A stretch of 64,000 nt of DNA from Pseudomonadota bacterium. GTDB lineage: Bacteria > Desulfobacterota > Desulfobacteria > Desulfobacterales > RPRI01. Positions 40,688-50,169 of this stretch are shown piece after piece. Position 1 is the stretch's first letter. Every line of letters begins with the position of its first letter. The stretch covers positions 19,916 to 83,915 of the forward strand of contig JBDRRF010000084.1 of NCBI GenBank assembly GCA_043825875.1. Reading direction: 5' to 3'. The translations under genes were made by a program, and so were the position numbers. The notes below the pieces were generated by a model, which worked only from the letters and a program-made list of their open reading frames with translations, was not told where the DNA came from and ran no database searches.

Positions 40688-40767
40688 TTCTAACAGAGGT
40701 TTAACCCCGGGCAAAGAGCAGATCACCAAACGGCGATGGGTTGTACGGTAAATACACAAGTTATAAA
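40688..40767 (-). other. attC-like integron cassette site
   Basis: Minus strand TTTATAAC...GGTTAAACCTCTGTTAGAA just after the 40782 stop. The core is complementary to GTTATAAA upstream of the same gene (41225-41232). Confidence 0.5.
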
Positions 40768-40781
40768 CTAAATAGCTGATA

Positions 40782-41189
40782 TTAAGTGATTTTGCTTATT
40801 CTAAGTTTGAGAATGTCTTTGATTCCCAATGGAAATATTGACTGATTTAAGATCTCTAAAGCTTCTTCCAACATTGTTGGGTCATCAATCCGCTGTAAGG
40901 TTCTTGCACCTTTATGCACTCCGATCTTCCCATCGACAGCAGACTGTAGGCGGTTGGTTATGTTGGTAGAGAGTCCTGAATGTTTGGACCATTCAATCAC
41001 CTTTTCAAAGAAAAAGAAGTGGAATTTTTCTATCTCATTATTTTCGTCTATCCATAGAAATACATACAATTCAGTATTGAGTTCTTCACTAATGAAACTC
41101 AATTTCTTTAATCTGTTTGCATCATGGGTTACAGCCCTTTTCGAGGACAATTGGTAGAAGTGGTATTTGAAAACCGGCTCTGCATTCAT
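40782..41189 (-). CDS. Hypothetical protein (cassette-like)
   Basis: 135-aa ORF bounded by complementary attC-type cores. Confidence 0.6.
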   Translation of the reverse strand: MNAEPVFKYHFYQLSSKRAVTHDANRLKKLSFISEELNTELYVFLWIDENNEIEKFHFFFFEKVIEWSKHSGLSTNITNRLQSAVDGKIGVHKGARTLQRIDDPTMLEEALEILNQSIFPLGIKDILKLRISKIT

Positions 41190-41330
41190 ATTATTTCCAC
41201 AATCAAAAATAGACAGAATTTATATTTATAACGATAAGTTAAGCCCATGGCAAGTGGAGCCTGGTTGATAATGGCAAGGCAATAAAGAAGTCAATATATT
41301 GATATGTTTAAAGCCGCCTGGCTCTGTCCG

Positions 41331-41570
41331 TCAATCTTCAACGTCTCGTTTAGCAGATCGTTCCCTGGACTCTCTAACCCCCGCAAGAATGTCTTTTGTA
41401 GTTGCTTTGGTTTGGATTCCTGGCACGTCAAATGGTGATTTTTTACTTTTCTTAAAAATTATTGAGAAGGTTTCACCTCCTCTCCTTTTAATTACAACCT
41501 CTTCATTTCTTGCGATATTGAGCACATCGGAAAGACGTTGTCTCGCTTCAGAATATGTATATACTTTCAT
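41331..41570 (-). CDS. Phd/YefM family antitoxin
   Basis: YTYSEARQRLSDVL...EEVVIKRRG. Confidence 0.85.
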   Translation of the reverse strand: MKVYTYSEARQRLSDVLNIARNEEVVIKRRGGETFSIIFKKSKKSPFDVPGIQTKATTKDILAGVRESRERSAKRDVED

Positions 41571-41576
41571 AATATC

Positions 41577-41966
41577 TTACTCCAAAATTGTAATTCCCAT
41601 CTCCCGCGCCACCTTTTGCATTCGAAGATCAAGCGTAAGCAGCGGACTTCGGAGGTTTTTAGCGCATTCTAAAAAATAAGCATCGTATGCATACAGGTTA
41701 TATTTAATCGCGATGCCTAATGCCGATTTGATGTTGGTATGCCTCAGATCAACCAGTATATGTTGAACAATCTCCCATGCTGATTCGACCTCCTCCTTTT
41801 TTAAGGCGTTTTTTTTCATCATCGCTGTTAATGCGTTCCCAATTTCAAACGGCAAAACATTAGGAGCAATTAAATCATGGCCTTCGGTAAGCCTTATAAT
41901 TTTATCCTTTTCGGGCTCATTTAAGGCAACGGCTATAAATGTATTTGTATCAGCGGTTATTTTCAT
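41577..41966 (-). CDS. vapC: PIN-domain toxin
   Basis: ADTN, FEIGNAL, YDAYFL and LLTLD. ATG at 41966. Confidence 0.87.
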   Translation of the reverse strand: MKITADTNTFIAVALNEPEKDKIIRLTEGHDLIAPNVLPFEIGNALTAMMKKNALKKEEVESAWEIVQHILVDLRHTNIKSALGIAIKYNLYAYDAYFLECAKNLRSPLLTLDLRMQKVAREMGITILE

Positions 41967-42065
41967 GGGTACAATTGTACGTATTGTGTTTTGATTTGTC
42001 AAGCCGATATTTGTCACCTTATAAATTATGGCCCTGCCCGTTTATATTTGAATATAAGGTGGCGG

Positions 42066-42358
42066 TCAATGAATCGGGCATAGCATATTTTATTACCCGC
42101 AATACAGGTAAAGGTGTTAGCGAAGAAGAGTTTATCAGTAAAGTTGAGTGCGCGCTTGGGACCGGCACGCACAATCGCATAGAACTAAAATGCAGTAACG
42201 GAAATCTGGTTGATGTGTACATAACCTTGCCGGTTGATATTACTCCCGGCGAAAGTCTGGGTGAACTAATGGGGCAGGGGGATAGCCGGTATAAATCAAA
42301 TTGCGGCGGCTGCTTTCATATAGACCTGATAGGTTTTCAATAATTGTACTGCTTGCAT
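42066..42358 (+). pseudogene. Duplicated 3' part of the RNase T2 gene plus flank, lacking the MITE
   Basis: Near-identical to 39494-39932 minus the MITE (NESG.AYFITRNTGK...IGFQ*). Confidence 0.93.
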
Positions 42359-42432
42359 TATGCATCGCCAGCGCCGCCAATAAACTTTTCCCGAATGGTC
42401 CCCAATTTCTATCTGCCTGGTGAATGGAACTA

Positions 42433-42735
42433 TTATGCAGCTTGATATGTTTTTACTTCTTCTGGTATACGATCAGCAAGACGGTCTTCTTCAATATCCA
42501 GGTCGTAATCCATTTGCAGACCAAGCCAGAACTGTGGAGACATTTTAAAATAATGTGCCAGGCGGAGTGCGGTTTCAGCAGTTATTCTTCTTCTACAATT
42601 GACAATTTCATTTATACGGCGGGGTGACACACCTATATCCCTGGCAATTTTATTTTGACTAAGTTGCATAGGTGTCAAGAACTCCTCCAGCAGGATTTCT
42701 CCTGGGTGTATTGGGTTTAATTTTTTCATTTTCAT
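42433..42735 (-). CDS. higA: HigA family antitoxin (orphan)
   Basis: PIHPGEILLEEFL, RRITAETALRLA and FWLGLQ. No higB upstream. Confidence 0.9.
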   Translation of the reverse strand: MKMKKLNPIHPGEILLEEFLTPMQLSQNKIARDIGVSPRRINEIVNCRRRITAETALRLAHYFKMSPQFWLGLQMDYDLDIEEDRLADRIPEEVKTYQAA

Positions 42736-43069
42736 AATCACCTAAAACTTATTAAGTTTTTATTGTCGGCTGTGGGCGCATTTATAGTGCTTGCATGTCT
42801 GCTGTGGATAGTAATCAAATTATGGTGGTTCATTCTCGCTATAGAGGCACTTTTTATTGCTTATAAGCTCACTTGCGAAGCCAAGGAGGAAGAAACAACA
42901 TCCGAACAGCCTAAAGGAAAAGACTGAGAAATCCTATCGGTCTTTTACAAACGATTTTTATTTCGCAACTCTGGTATTTCACAAAAATATATATTCTACC
43001 TATACGCTCCTCTCTTTTCTAAGCTGATATTAGCTGTAAAGCACAAAGAGAATATGATAAAAGCCAGCG

Positions 43070-44125
43070 CTATTGTTCGCGCGCCCAGTAATAAATACTT
43101 GTTGGCTTGTCTTTCATTGAAAACTCAATGTATAGTTTTTCGCTACCGGTTATACGATATCTTGCATATTTTTGGGTTGATGATGCTCGCCAAACTCTTT
43201 CTCCATTAAAATTATCTTTTGCTTTAAATTCGTTTAAAGAAAGATAATAAATCATTGATCCAGTTGGTATAGTGCAAACAGGTGCCCATTTTCCTCTTTC
43301 TGTGAGTTCTACTTTTTTTGCCGAGCCAAATTCAGCTTCGTATTTCTTTACTGTATCTAAAAATTGTTCCTGTATAAGTTGTTCTTGTTTAGCCAGAAGC
43401 TCGGCGCTGTATTGTTTATTGGATTGATTAGCTCTTTTCAGCTCTTCAATAGCTTGCTCTGTTGTCTTTGCCTGTTTACTAAGCTCATAATGGTAATCGG
43501 AATAAGCCTTTGTGATACTCTCTTTCTGGCTAAATTTAACGGCGCTATCAATACATATGGTTTTTAAGTCTGTGGATGCGTCTGTTTTATTTCCTGCCTG
43601 AAAATAATAATCGGCAATACTTTCTTTGATGTCAGGGTTTATAGAAGAGGAAGCCATAAAATAGTTTTCTGCTATTTTATGCTGACCTTTTTCAAAAAGG
43701 GCTTTACCCTCTGCAACCAATTCCGTTCCAATATCATTTTTAAGAGCGGGTTGATATTGAACTGCTTGCCGATACAGCCCGATGGCACGGGACATATCAC
43801 CTTTTGTTAAGGCTTGGGAACCAGCTTTTTTGTATTCGGGACCGATTTTATAGCCGTAATCCGACTTTAATTGTACGGCACTTGCGAAACGCTCATTAGC
43901 GCCTGAAAGATTGCCTGTATTGATATAGCAAACGCCAAGTTGAAAATGAGCGTTGGCATCTGCCGGTTTTTCCGCAATGCGTTTATCTAAAAGTTCAATA
44001 GCCTGAGGATACATCCCTGCCGACATAAATTCTTTGGCTTTATCAGTAGTATCTGAACATCCGGTAAAAACAATTGAAAAAAATAACAAAACAGAATAGA
44101 TAAGTATAAAGCTTTTTAGTGGCAA
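43070..44125 (-). CDS. TPR-repeat lipoprotein
   Basis: Lipobox FTGC and TPR-like helices (AHFQLGVCY, AIGLYRQAV). Confidence 0.75.
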   Translation of the reverse strand: MPLKSFILIYSVLLFFSIVFTGCSDTTDKAKEFMSAGMYPQAIELLDKRIAEKPADANAHFQLGVCYINTGNLSGANERFASAVQLKSDYGYKIGPEYKKAGSQALTKGDMSRAIGLYRQAVQYQPALKNDIGTELVAEGKALFEKGQHKIAENYFMASSSINPDIKESIADYYFQAGNKTDASTDLKTICIDSAVKFSQKESITKAYSDYHYELSKQAKTTEQAIEELKRANQSNKQYSAELLAKQEQLIQEQFLDTVKKYEAEFGSAKKVELTERGKWAPVCTIPTGSMIYYLSLNEFKAKDNFNGERVWRASSTQKYARYRITGSEKLYIEFSMKDKPTSIYYWAREQ

Positions 44126-44241
44126 CCATTTTCCCCTCCTGAATTTTATGCGGTGGATATTAATAAAGCTCTAAGCTATCCATATCCAATCAGATTTTCA
44201 ACAAAAATTATGATAATTATTTATAAAAAGCAGCTTGATTT

Positions 44242-44460
44242 TCATTCGAAGCGTTCCCGGAGTTCCTTTTTTGCAGTACGCCAGCCAAGAATTTATTCCT
44301 CTCCCGATTATATACGGTGTTCTGTTTCCTGAAGGGCTTCCTGATGCCAATTGGGGGATACTACCTCTTCGCCTTCTTTTAATAAGTCTTCCCAGATAGT
44401 CTCTATCATTCTAAGTTTATCTTCTCTGGAAAGATTTTGTATTTCTAAAGTATTCTGCAT
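44242..44460 (-). pseudogene. Addiction-module antitoxin with two internal stops, followed by a toxin start remnant
   Basis: MQNTL...LSREDKLRMIETIWEDL...SPNWHQEAL...RI*SGEE*ILGWRTAKKELRERFE*. An ATGA-coupled MKIKLL then decays. Confidence 0.75.
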
Positions 44461-44575
44461 TATATAAATCCTTTTTATTTTGGTCTTTAAAGTAGCACCG
44501 ATATTGTGAAATGACAAAACTATGCTTAGTTTAAGCGAGGTTAACCGCATTTAGAATTAATGTATTTTTTTTATT

Positions 44576-45751
44576 TTAACTAAGCTGATCAGGCAACCCA
44601 GTTCCGTAGTTTATGATTTCGATGTACCTGCTATAGCTGAACAGACGGTTTCTTTTCCGTCCGGTCAATTCAGAAACGATGCCGAGGTTCTCAAGATGGT
44701 TAAGGCATTTATTGACCGTAGCCGGAGAAACATTTGTCTTTTTCACCAGCCAGTCTGCAGTGGCAATAGGGCGTTCCAGCAGTGCCCGATGAACCTGTAA
44801 GCTGGAAAGCGCCGCCCGGCCAAGCCCGCTGATTTTATCATGATCTTCATTAGATAGATCGTTAAGCTGCTTTGTTGTGTCCACGGCCTGATTTGCAGTG
44901 AAGATCACTGCTTCGGCGAAAAAATCCAGCCAGGCTTCCCAATTGCCCGTTAAACGAACTTCGTTTAGTAGTTCGTAATAATATTGCCTATGAGTTTTAA
45001 AATATAGACTGAGATAGAGCATCGGCTCCCGAAGAGCCTTTTGTTCGCATAAAAGAAGAGTGATTAGGAGCCTCCCTAAACGGCCATTGCCATCTAAAAA
45101 CGGATGGATGGTTTCAAACTGAACATGGGCCAAAGCAGCCTTGAGCAATACAGGTGTACGTTCCGGTTGGTCGTGCAGGAATTGCTCAAATTCGCCTAAG
45201 CATTCGAGCAATTTTTCCGGTGGAGGTGGAACAAATGTGGCGTTGCCGGGCCGGGTTCCGCCGATCCAGTTCTGGCTGAGCCGGAATTCCCCCGGACTTT
45301 GATGGCCTCCACGTCCTTTCGATAGCAGTATGCTGTGGATCTCCTTTAATAGTCTCAGGCAAAGTGGGAAACCCCCTGCCAGTCGGCTCAGGCCATGATT
45401 TAGCGCAGCAACGTAATTGCTGACTTCTCTGACATCGTCAAGAGGCACACCCGGAACCTGATCCAGCTCGAAAAGCAGAAGATCCGAAATGGAAGATTGT
45501 GTTCCTTCAATCATTGAAGAGAGAACAGCTTCTTTACGGACATACATATAAAGGAAAAGCAAGGTATCGGGAAGAAGAGCAGAAGCGCTGTCCAGACGGC
45601 CGAGAGCCATAAGTGCATAATCAAATTTATCCCGTAAATCAGGGGACCAGTCAATTGGTGGCTTGGGAGGCAGCGGAGCAGGCACAAAGGATCGTACCTT
45701 CTCACCTGCAGTTGATATCGTTACATAATTTCCTTGCGGCCCTCGCTCCAT
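44576..45751 (-). CDS. fic: Fic family protein with C-terminal HTH
   Basis: HPFLDGNGRLGR and inhibitory motif SSMIEG. Confidence 0.93.
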   Translation of the reverse strand: MERGPQGNYVTISTAGEKVRSFVPAPLPPKPPIDWSPDLRDKFDYALMALGRLDSASALLPDTLLFLYMYVRKEAVLSSMIEGTQSSISDLLLFELDQVPGVPLDDVREVSNYVAALNHGLSRLAGGFPLCLRLLKEIHSILLSKGRGGHQSPGEFRLSQNWIGGTRPGNATFVPPPPEKLLECLGEFEQFLHDQPERTPVLLKAALAHVQFETIHPFLDGNGRLGRLLITLLLCEQKALREPMLYLSLYFKTHRQYYYELLNEVRLTGNWEAWLDFFAEAVIFTANQAVDTTKQLNDLSNEDHDKISGLGRAALSSLQVHRALLERPIATADWLVKKTNVSPATVNKCLNHLENLGIVSELTGRKRNRLFSYSRYIEIINYGTGLPDQLS

Positions 45752-45924
45752 AGTTTCTGCACCGATCCTAAAATAAGATTTTTGATTATTTTAGCTTAAA
45801 CTCGTATCCTAAAATAACGAAACCGGAAATAGAAGTCAAGGAAATCTTGTTTTGAGAGAATTCTTTCAATTAGGGAATAAAAAAAGCAAGCCATTTTAGC
45901 ATAGCCTGCTTGTTTTTATTGTTT

Positions 45925-46002
45925 TGGCGTCCCCAAGGGGATTTGAACCCCTGTCGCCGGCGTGAAAGGCCGGTGTCCTGGACCGGGCTAGACGATGGGG
46001 AC
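45925..46002 (-). tRNA. tRNA-Glu (TTC)
   Basis: Acceptor GTCCCCA/TGGGGAC, anticodon loop CTTTCAC, GGTTCAAATCC T-arm and encoded CCA. Confidence 0.95.
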
Positions 46003-46070
46003 GTGATTTAATCTATATATTATATTTAAATAAAAAAAGCCAACAATAATTAGCTAATATTTAGCTTTAT

Positions 46071-46146
46071 TGGTGGGCCGTGCGCGACTCGAACGCGCGA
46101 CTCTCTGCTTAAAAGGCAGATACTCTACCGACTGAGTTAACGGCCC
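46071..46146 (-). tRNA. tRNA-Lys (TTT)
   Basis: GGGCCGT/ACGGCCC stem, anticodon loop CTTTTAA, GTTCGAG T-loop and CCA. Confidence 0.95.
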
Positions 46147-46691
46147 GTGAAAAAGAATCTTTTTTTACCATATAAAATATGCTTGTCAATAAAAAAACAC
46201 CATAACCTCAAAACAGTCAGGGGGTATAAATTATTGATCTGCAATAAGGTAGCTAATTGCCTAAGGTTAATAATGAGCTTAAATGGTGAAATAACAATAA
46301 AGCGGTTTAACTTCAACTCCACAAAATTGTTACAGTATCAAAATTTGTTTGACAAGAATTCGATAGTAATATACTCAATTCAAATTATAGCAGGTATTAG
46401 CCGCAAAATCAGGTGCATTGTTCGGAGCTGACTTAAAGGCTATCGGTGGAATTATTTATACAATAACCATTGTTCGACTAAAATTCAACTGTGCGGTGAT
46501 CTTCAATTTGCTTCAAACGGTTATAGATAGGCAGCCTTTTCCATTCGAATATAAAGTCATTTTTGGACTTTTTTTTATACTAAGGTGTCAGCCCTTGAGT
46601 ATTAAAAGATACCATATATGGCATTAGCTGTCTTGTTAAAAAGCTTTGAAGGCTTATTTAATATAAAATAATGAAGGGAGGAATATAAAAA

Positions 46692-47474
46692 TTGGAATTA
46701 ATAGTATTGTTAAAACAGGTGCCATCGACTGAATCTTTTGTTGGAATTTCCGAAGATGGAAAATCAATCAAAGCCGGTGATGCAAAACTGGTAGTAAATC
46801 CTTATGATGAACTTGCAGTAGAAGAAGCTCTTAAATTAAAAGAGGCTAATGGGGGTACGGTAACAATTGTTTCGGTAGGAACGGATAAGGCGGTTGAGGC
46901 AATAAGAACCGGGCTTGCCATGGGTGCCGATAAAGGGATATTGGTTAATGATCCTGCCACTGAGGGATGCGATGGATTACAAACAGCCAGAGTTCTTGCA
47001 GCTGTGATAAAGGGTATACCTTATGATCTTATAATTGCAGGCCAGAGAGCTGTTGATGATGATAGTTATGTTGTAGGTTCAGCCGTTGCTGAATTTTTAA
47101 ATATTCCTTCTATTGCAATGGTTGCAAAAGAAACTATCGCTGATGGGAAAATAACGTGCGAGAAAACAGTTGAGGGAGGTACAGTTACAGTTGAAAGTAC
47201 TCTTCCCGCTCTTATAACAACTCAACGCGGATTAAACGAACCTAGATATGCATCTTTGCCCGGCATTATGAAAGCCAAGAAAAAACCTCTTGAGACTAAA
47301 AAGCTTCAGGACATCGGTCTTGATGCTGCCGGAATGGGAAGCCAAAAGACAAAAGTCATATCTTTTATGTTGCCACCTGAAAGAAAGGGCGGAAAGATCA
47401 TTGAGGGAGAAACCGATGCAGATAAAGCCAAAGCACTTGTAAAGGCTTTACAGGAAGAAGCAAAGGTAATCTGA
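46692..47474 (+). CDS. etfB: Electron transfer flavoprotein beta subunit
   Basis: KQVP, NPYDELAVEEAL, LAMGAD and NEPRYASL. Confidence 0.95.
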   Translation: MELIVLLKQVPSTESFVGISEDGKSIKAGDAKLVVNPYDELAVEEALKLKEANGGTVTIVSVGTDKAVEAIRTGLAMGADKGILVNDPATEGCDGLQTARVLAAVIKGIPYDLIIAGQRAVDDDSYVVGSAVAEFLNIPSIAMVAKETIADGKITCEKTVEGGTVTVESTLPALITTQRGLNEPRYASLPGIMKAKKKPLETKKLQDIGLDAAGMGSQKTKVISFMLPPERKGGKIIEGETDADKAKALVKALQEEAKVI

Positions 47475-47542
47475 TATTTGCCTAAAAGATCAAAAACATA
47501 AAAACAAATTGAATTTATAGATATTTTATTAAGGAGATAGAT

Positions 47543-48508
47543 ATGTCTTGTGGTGTACTTGCAATAACAGAACAGGTTGATGGTGTTTTCAGGAAAGTTT
47601 CGTATGAAGCGCTAAGCGAAGGAAGGCGTATAGCCGACGGATTAGGCTGCCCCCTTTCGGTAGCGGTTCTTGGCTCAGGTATAAAAGCTAGCGCCGAAGG
47701 GCTCGGAAAATATGGCGCTGAGAAAGTATTTGTAGCTGATGATCCTGATCTTAAAGAATATATGACGGATATTTATACAAATGTAATTGCCGGGATTGCT
47801 GCAAAAGAGAGCCCCCGCATGATTATATTGGGCGCATCATTTCGAGGAAAAGAACTTGCTGCCAGACTGGCTGCAAGACTCGATGCCCCCATAGCTATGG
47901 ATTGTATAGCTGTAAAAATTGATGGTGGTAAAGTTAGTGCAACAAGGCCGGTTTACGGTGGAAAGATCCTGGCCAATGTTGAACTTGAAGGAGAACCTTC
48001 GGTAGTAGCAATACGGCCTAATTTTATGGCGATTGCAGAATCACAAAAAACTGCTGCTGTTGAAGATGTTGCAATCGATAAAGGTAAAGTTGACCTTAAG
48101 TTTGTGGAAAAGAAACTTGAAACAGGCAAAGTTGAATTAACGGAAGCTGATGTTATTGTTTCAGGTGGCAGGGGGATGGGAGGCGCTGACTTTTCAGTTG
48201 TTGAAACACTTGCGGATCTTCTTGGAGGTGCTGTTGGTGCTTCACGTTCTGCGGTTGATGAAGGATGGAGATCCCATTCGGATCAGGTCGGGCAAACCGG
48301 AAAAGTTGTTTCCCCTAATCTTTATATAGCCTGTGGTATATCAGGTGCAATTCAGCATCTTGCCGGAATGTCGTCATCAAAGGTTATAGTTGCTGTGAAT
48401 AAAGATCCGGAAGCTCCTATTTTTGCAAAAGCGGATTATGGGATCGTAGGGAATTTGTTTGATATTGTGCCTTTGATCACAGAAGAAATTAAAAAGGCTA
48501 AAGGATAG
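47543..48508 (+). CDS. etfA: Electron transfer flavoprotein alpha subunit
   Basis: VSGGRG, GASR, QVGQTGK and GISGAIQHLAGM. Confidence 0.96.
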   Translation: MSCGVLAITEQVDGVFRKVSYEALSEGRRIADGLGCPLSVAVLGSGIKASAEGLGKYGAEKVFVADDPDLKEYMTDIYTNVIAGIAAKESPRMIILGASFRGKELAARLAARLDAPIAMDCIAVKIDGGKVSATRPVYGGKILANVELEGEPSVVAIRPNFMAIAESQKTAAVEDVAIDKGKVDLKFVEKKLETGKVELTEADVIVSGGRGMGGADFSVVETLADLLGGAVGASRSAVDEGWRSHSDQVGQTGKVVSPNLYIACGISGAIQHLAGMSSSKVIVAVNKDPEAPIFAKADYGIVGNLFDIVPLITEEIKKAKG

Positions 48509-48649
48509 AGCCAGTTCCAAAACGCCCCATTTTGGCCGATCTTAGCGTTGGGCTCAAATTTCAATCCTCGAAATACTAAATGTATTCCTGTGGTTGAAAT
48601 TTTCGCCCGCCTTGAGCTTGACCAAACTGAAACGTTTTGAAAGTGGCTT
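48508..48649 (+). mobile_element. MITE copy 4 (142 bp)
   Basis: GAGCCAGTTCCAAAACG...CGTTTTGAAAGTGGCTT, flanks GATA/GTTA. The first G overlaps the etfA TAG. Confidence 0.85.
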
Positions 48650-48747
48650 GTTAGTAATAGATTATAAAAAAGCTTGTAGTTTGTTACTTCAACGCTTGAG
48701 TTATAGCCTTTCAAAAATTTATAAAGTTATTAAATTGATTATATATA

Positions 48748-48783
48748 AAAAGTCTTGCAAAAATCAGTTTTGCAGGACTTTTT
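48748..48783 (+). terminator. Rho-independent terminator after etfBA
   Basis: AAAAGTCTTGCAAAA...TTTTGCAGGACTTTT. Confidence 0.6.
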
Positions 48784-48840
48784 ATATAATACTTTCAAAG
48801 TCTAAAGCCTTTTGCAAGTCCGTCAAACATTGGCTCGTAT

Positions 48841-50169
48841 ATGAAAAGACATGTAAACAATGTATATCTTGAAAGTCTTGGTTGTGCAAAAAACCTTGTA
48901 GATAGCGAACTGCTGCTGGGAAGGCTTGCCGACGCAGGATATAATATAGTTTTTGACCCTGCCAAAGCCCGCACAATTGTTATAAATACTTGCAGCTTCA
49001 TAGAATCTGCAATAAATGAATCTATTGAAACGATTCTTGAGCTTGCAAAATATAAGAAAAATGGGAAGTGTCGCAGAATCATAGTAACAGGTTGTCTTCC
49101 GGAGCGCTTCAGGGAGAAAATAATTAAAACTCTTCCGGAAGTAGATTTTTTTCTCGGAACCGGTGCATATGGTAAGATAGTGCAGGCTGTTGAGGGAATT
49201 CCGATAGCATCCGGCATTCTTTTGCCTGATCCATGTTTGACTTTATTAAACTATGCTGCCGAGCCCAGAATCAGAACTTTACCTTATATGGCTTATTTGA
49301 AGATTGCTGAAGGATGCAGCCGCCGTTGTACTTATTGTGTGATTCCCAAGCTTCGCGGCAAACAACGCAGCCGCAGCATTGCAGATGTTGTTTCAGAGGC
49401 AAAAATACTTATAAAATCCGGGGCAAAAGAACTGATTCTCGTTGCTCAGGATACATCGTCTTATGGAAAAGATATTGGCCCTTCCGTTAACCTTGCAAAG
49501 CTTATTGAAAGAATTTCAGCTTTATCGGATGATATTTGGATAAGAATTCTATATGGCCATCCTGAAAGCATGGAAGATGATACGATTAAAGCAATATCTC
49601 AAAACAAAAATGTTTGTTCCTATTATGATATTCCGATTCAGCATGCAAGTCGTAATATACTTAAAAAAATGGGGCGAAATTACAGTCAGACAAAGATGCT
49701 TAAACTTTTTGATAAAATACGATCGGCAAATCCGGATGCTGTTTTGCGCACAACCGTAATTACCGGTTTTCCAGGCGAGACAAATAAGGAGTTTGATGAA
49801 CTGTTATCTTTTATAGAAAAAGTAAAATTTGATCATCTTGGTGCTTTTGTTTATTCCGATTCCAAAGATATTGCCTCCCATAAGCTTAAAGAGAAGGTTC
49901 GGAAAAACGTTGCGAAAAAAAGATATGACAGAATAATGTCTTGCCAGATGGAAATATCTTCTCAAAATAACAGGCGCCATGTAGGTAAGGTTTTTGATGT
50001 ACTGATTGAGGAATTTCCTGAAGAAAATCTTTATATAGGACGCACTAAATATCAGGCGCCCGAAGTGGACGGCATAACATATGTTAGCGGAAAAATGAAA
50101 CCAGGCACTTTTGTCAGGACAAAAATTACTGATGCTCTTGAATATGATCTTGTTGGAGAACCCGAATGA
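48841..50169 (+). CDS. rimO: Ribosomal protein S12 methylthiotransferase
   Basis: SLGCAKNLVDSE, NTCSFI, LKIAEGCSRRCTYC and TRAM domain with APEVDG. Confidence 0.95.
   Translation: MKRHVNNVYLESLGCAKNLVDSELLLGRLADAGYNIVFDPAKARTIVINTCSFIESAINESIETILELAKYKKNGKCRRIIVTGCLPERFREKIIKTLPEVDFFLGTGAYGKIVQAVEGIPIASGILLPDPCLTLLNYAAEPRIRTLPYMAYLKIAEGCSRRCTYCVIPKLRGKQRSRSIADVVSEAKILIKSGAKELILVAQDTSSYGKDIGPSVNLAKLIERISALSDDIWIRILYGHPESMEDDTIKAISQNKNVCSYYDIPIQHASRNILKKMGRNYSQTKMLKLFDKIRSANPDAVLRTTVITGFPGETNKEFDELLSFIEKVKFDHLGAFVYSDSKDIASHKLKEKVRKNVAKKRYDRIMSCQMEISSQNNRRHVGKVFDVLIEEFPEENLYIGRTKYQAPEVDGITYVSGKMKPGTFVRTKITDALEYDLVGEPE

Noticed and set aside
38100..45925. tRNA-Glu-integrated island with att duplication
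   Set aside because: No integrase, and only a 6-bp TGGCGT match near 38138, which is not significant.
46147..46690. Small ORFs or riboswitch upstream of etfB
   Set aside because: No recognisable motif, RBS or aptamer consensus.
23755..48649. CRISPR array or tandem repeat
   Set aside because: The repeats are dispersed 142-165 bp elements. There is no repeat-spacer periodicity and no cas gene.
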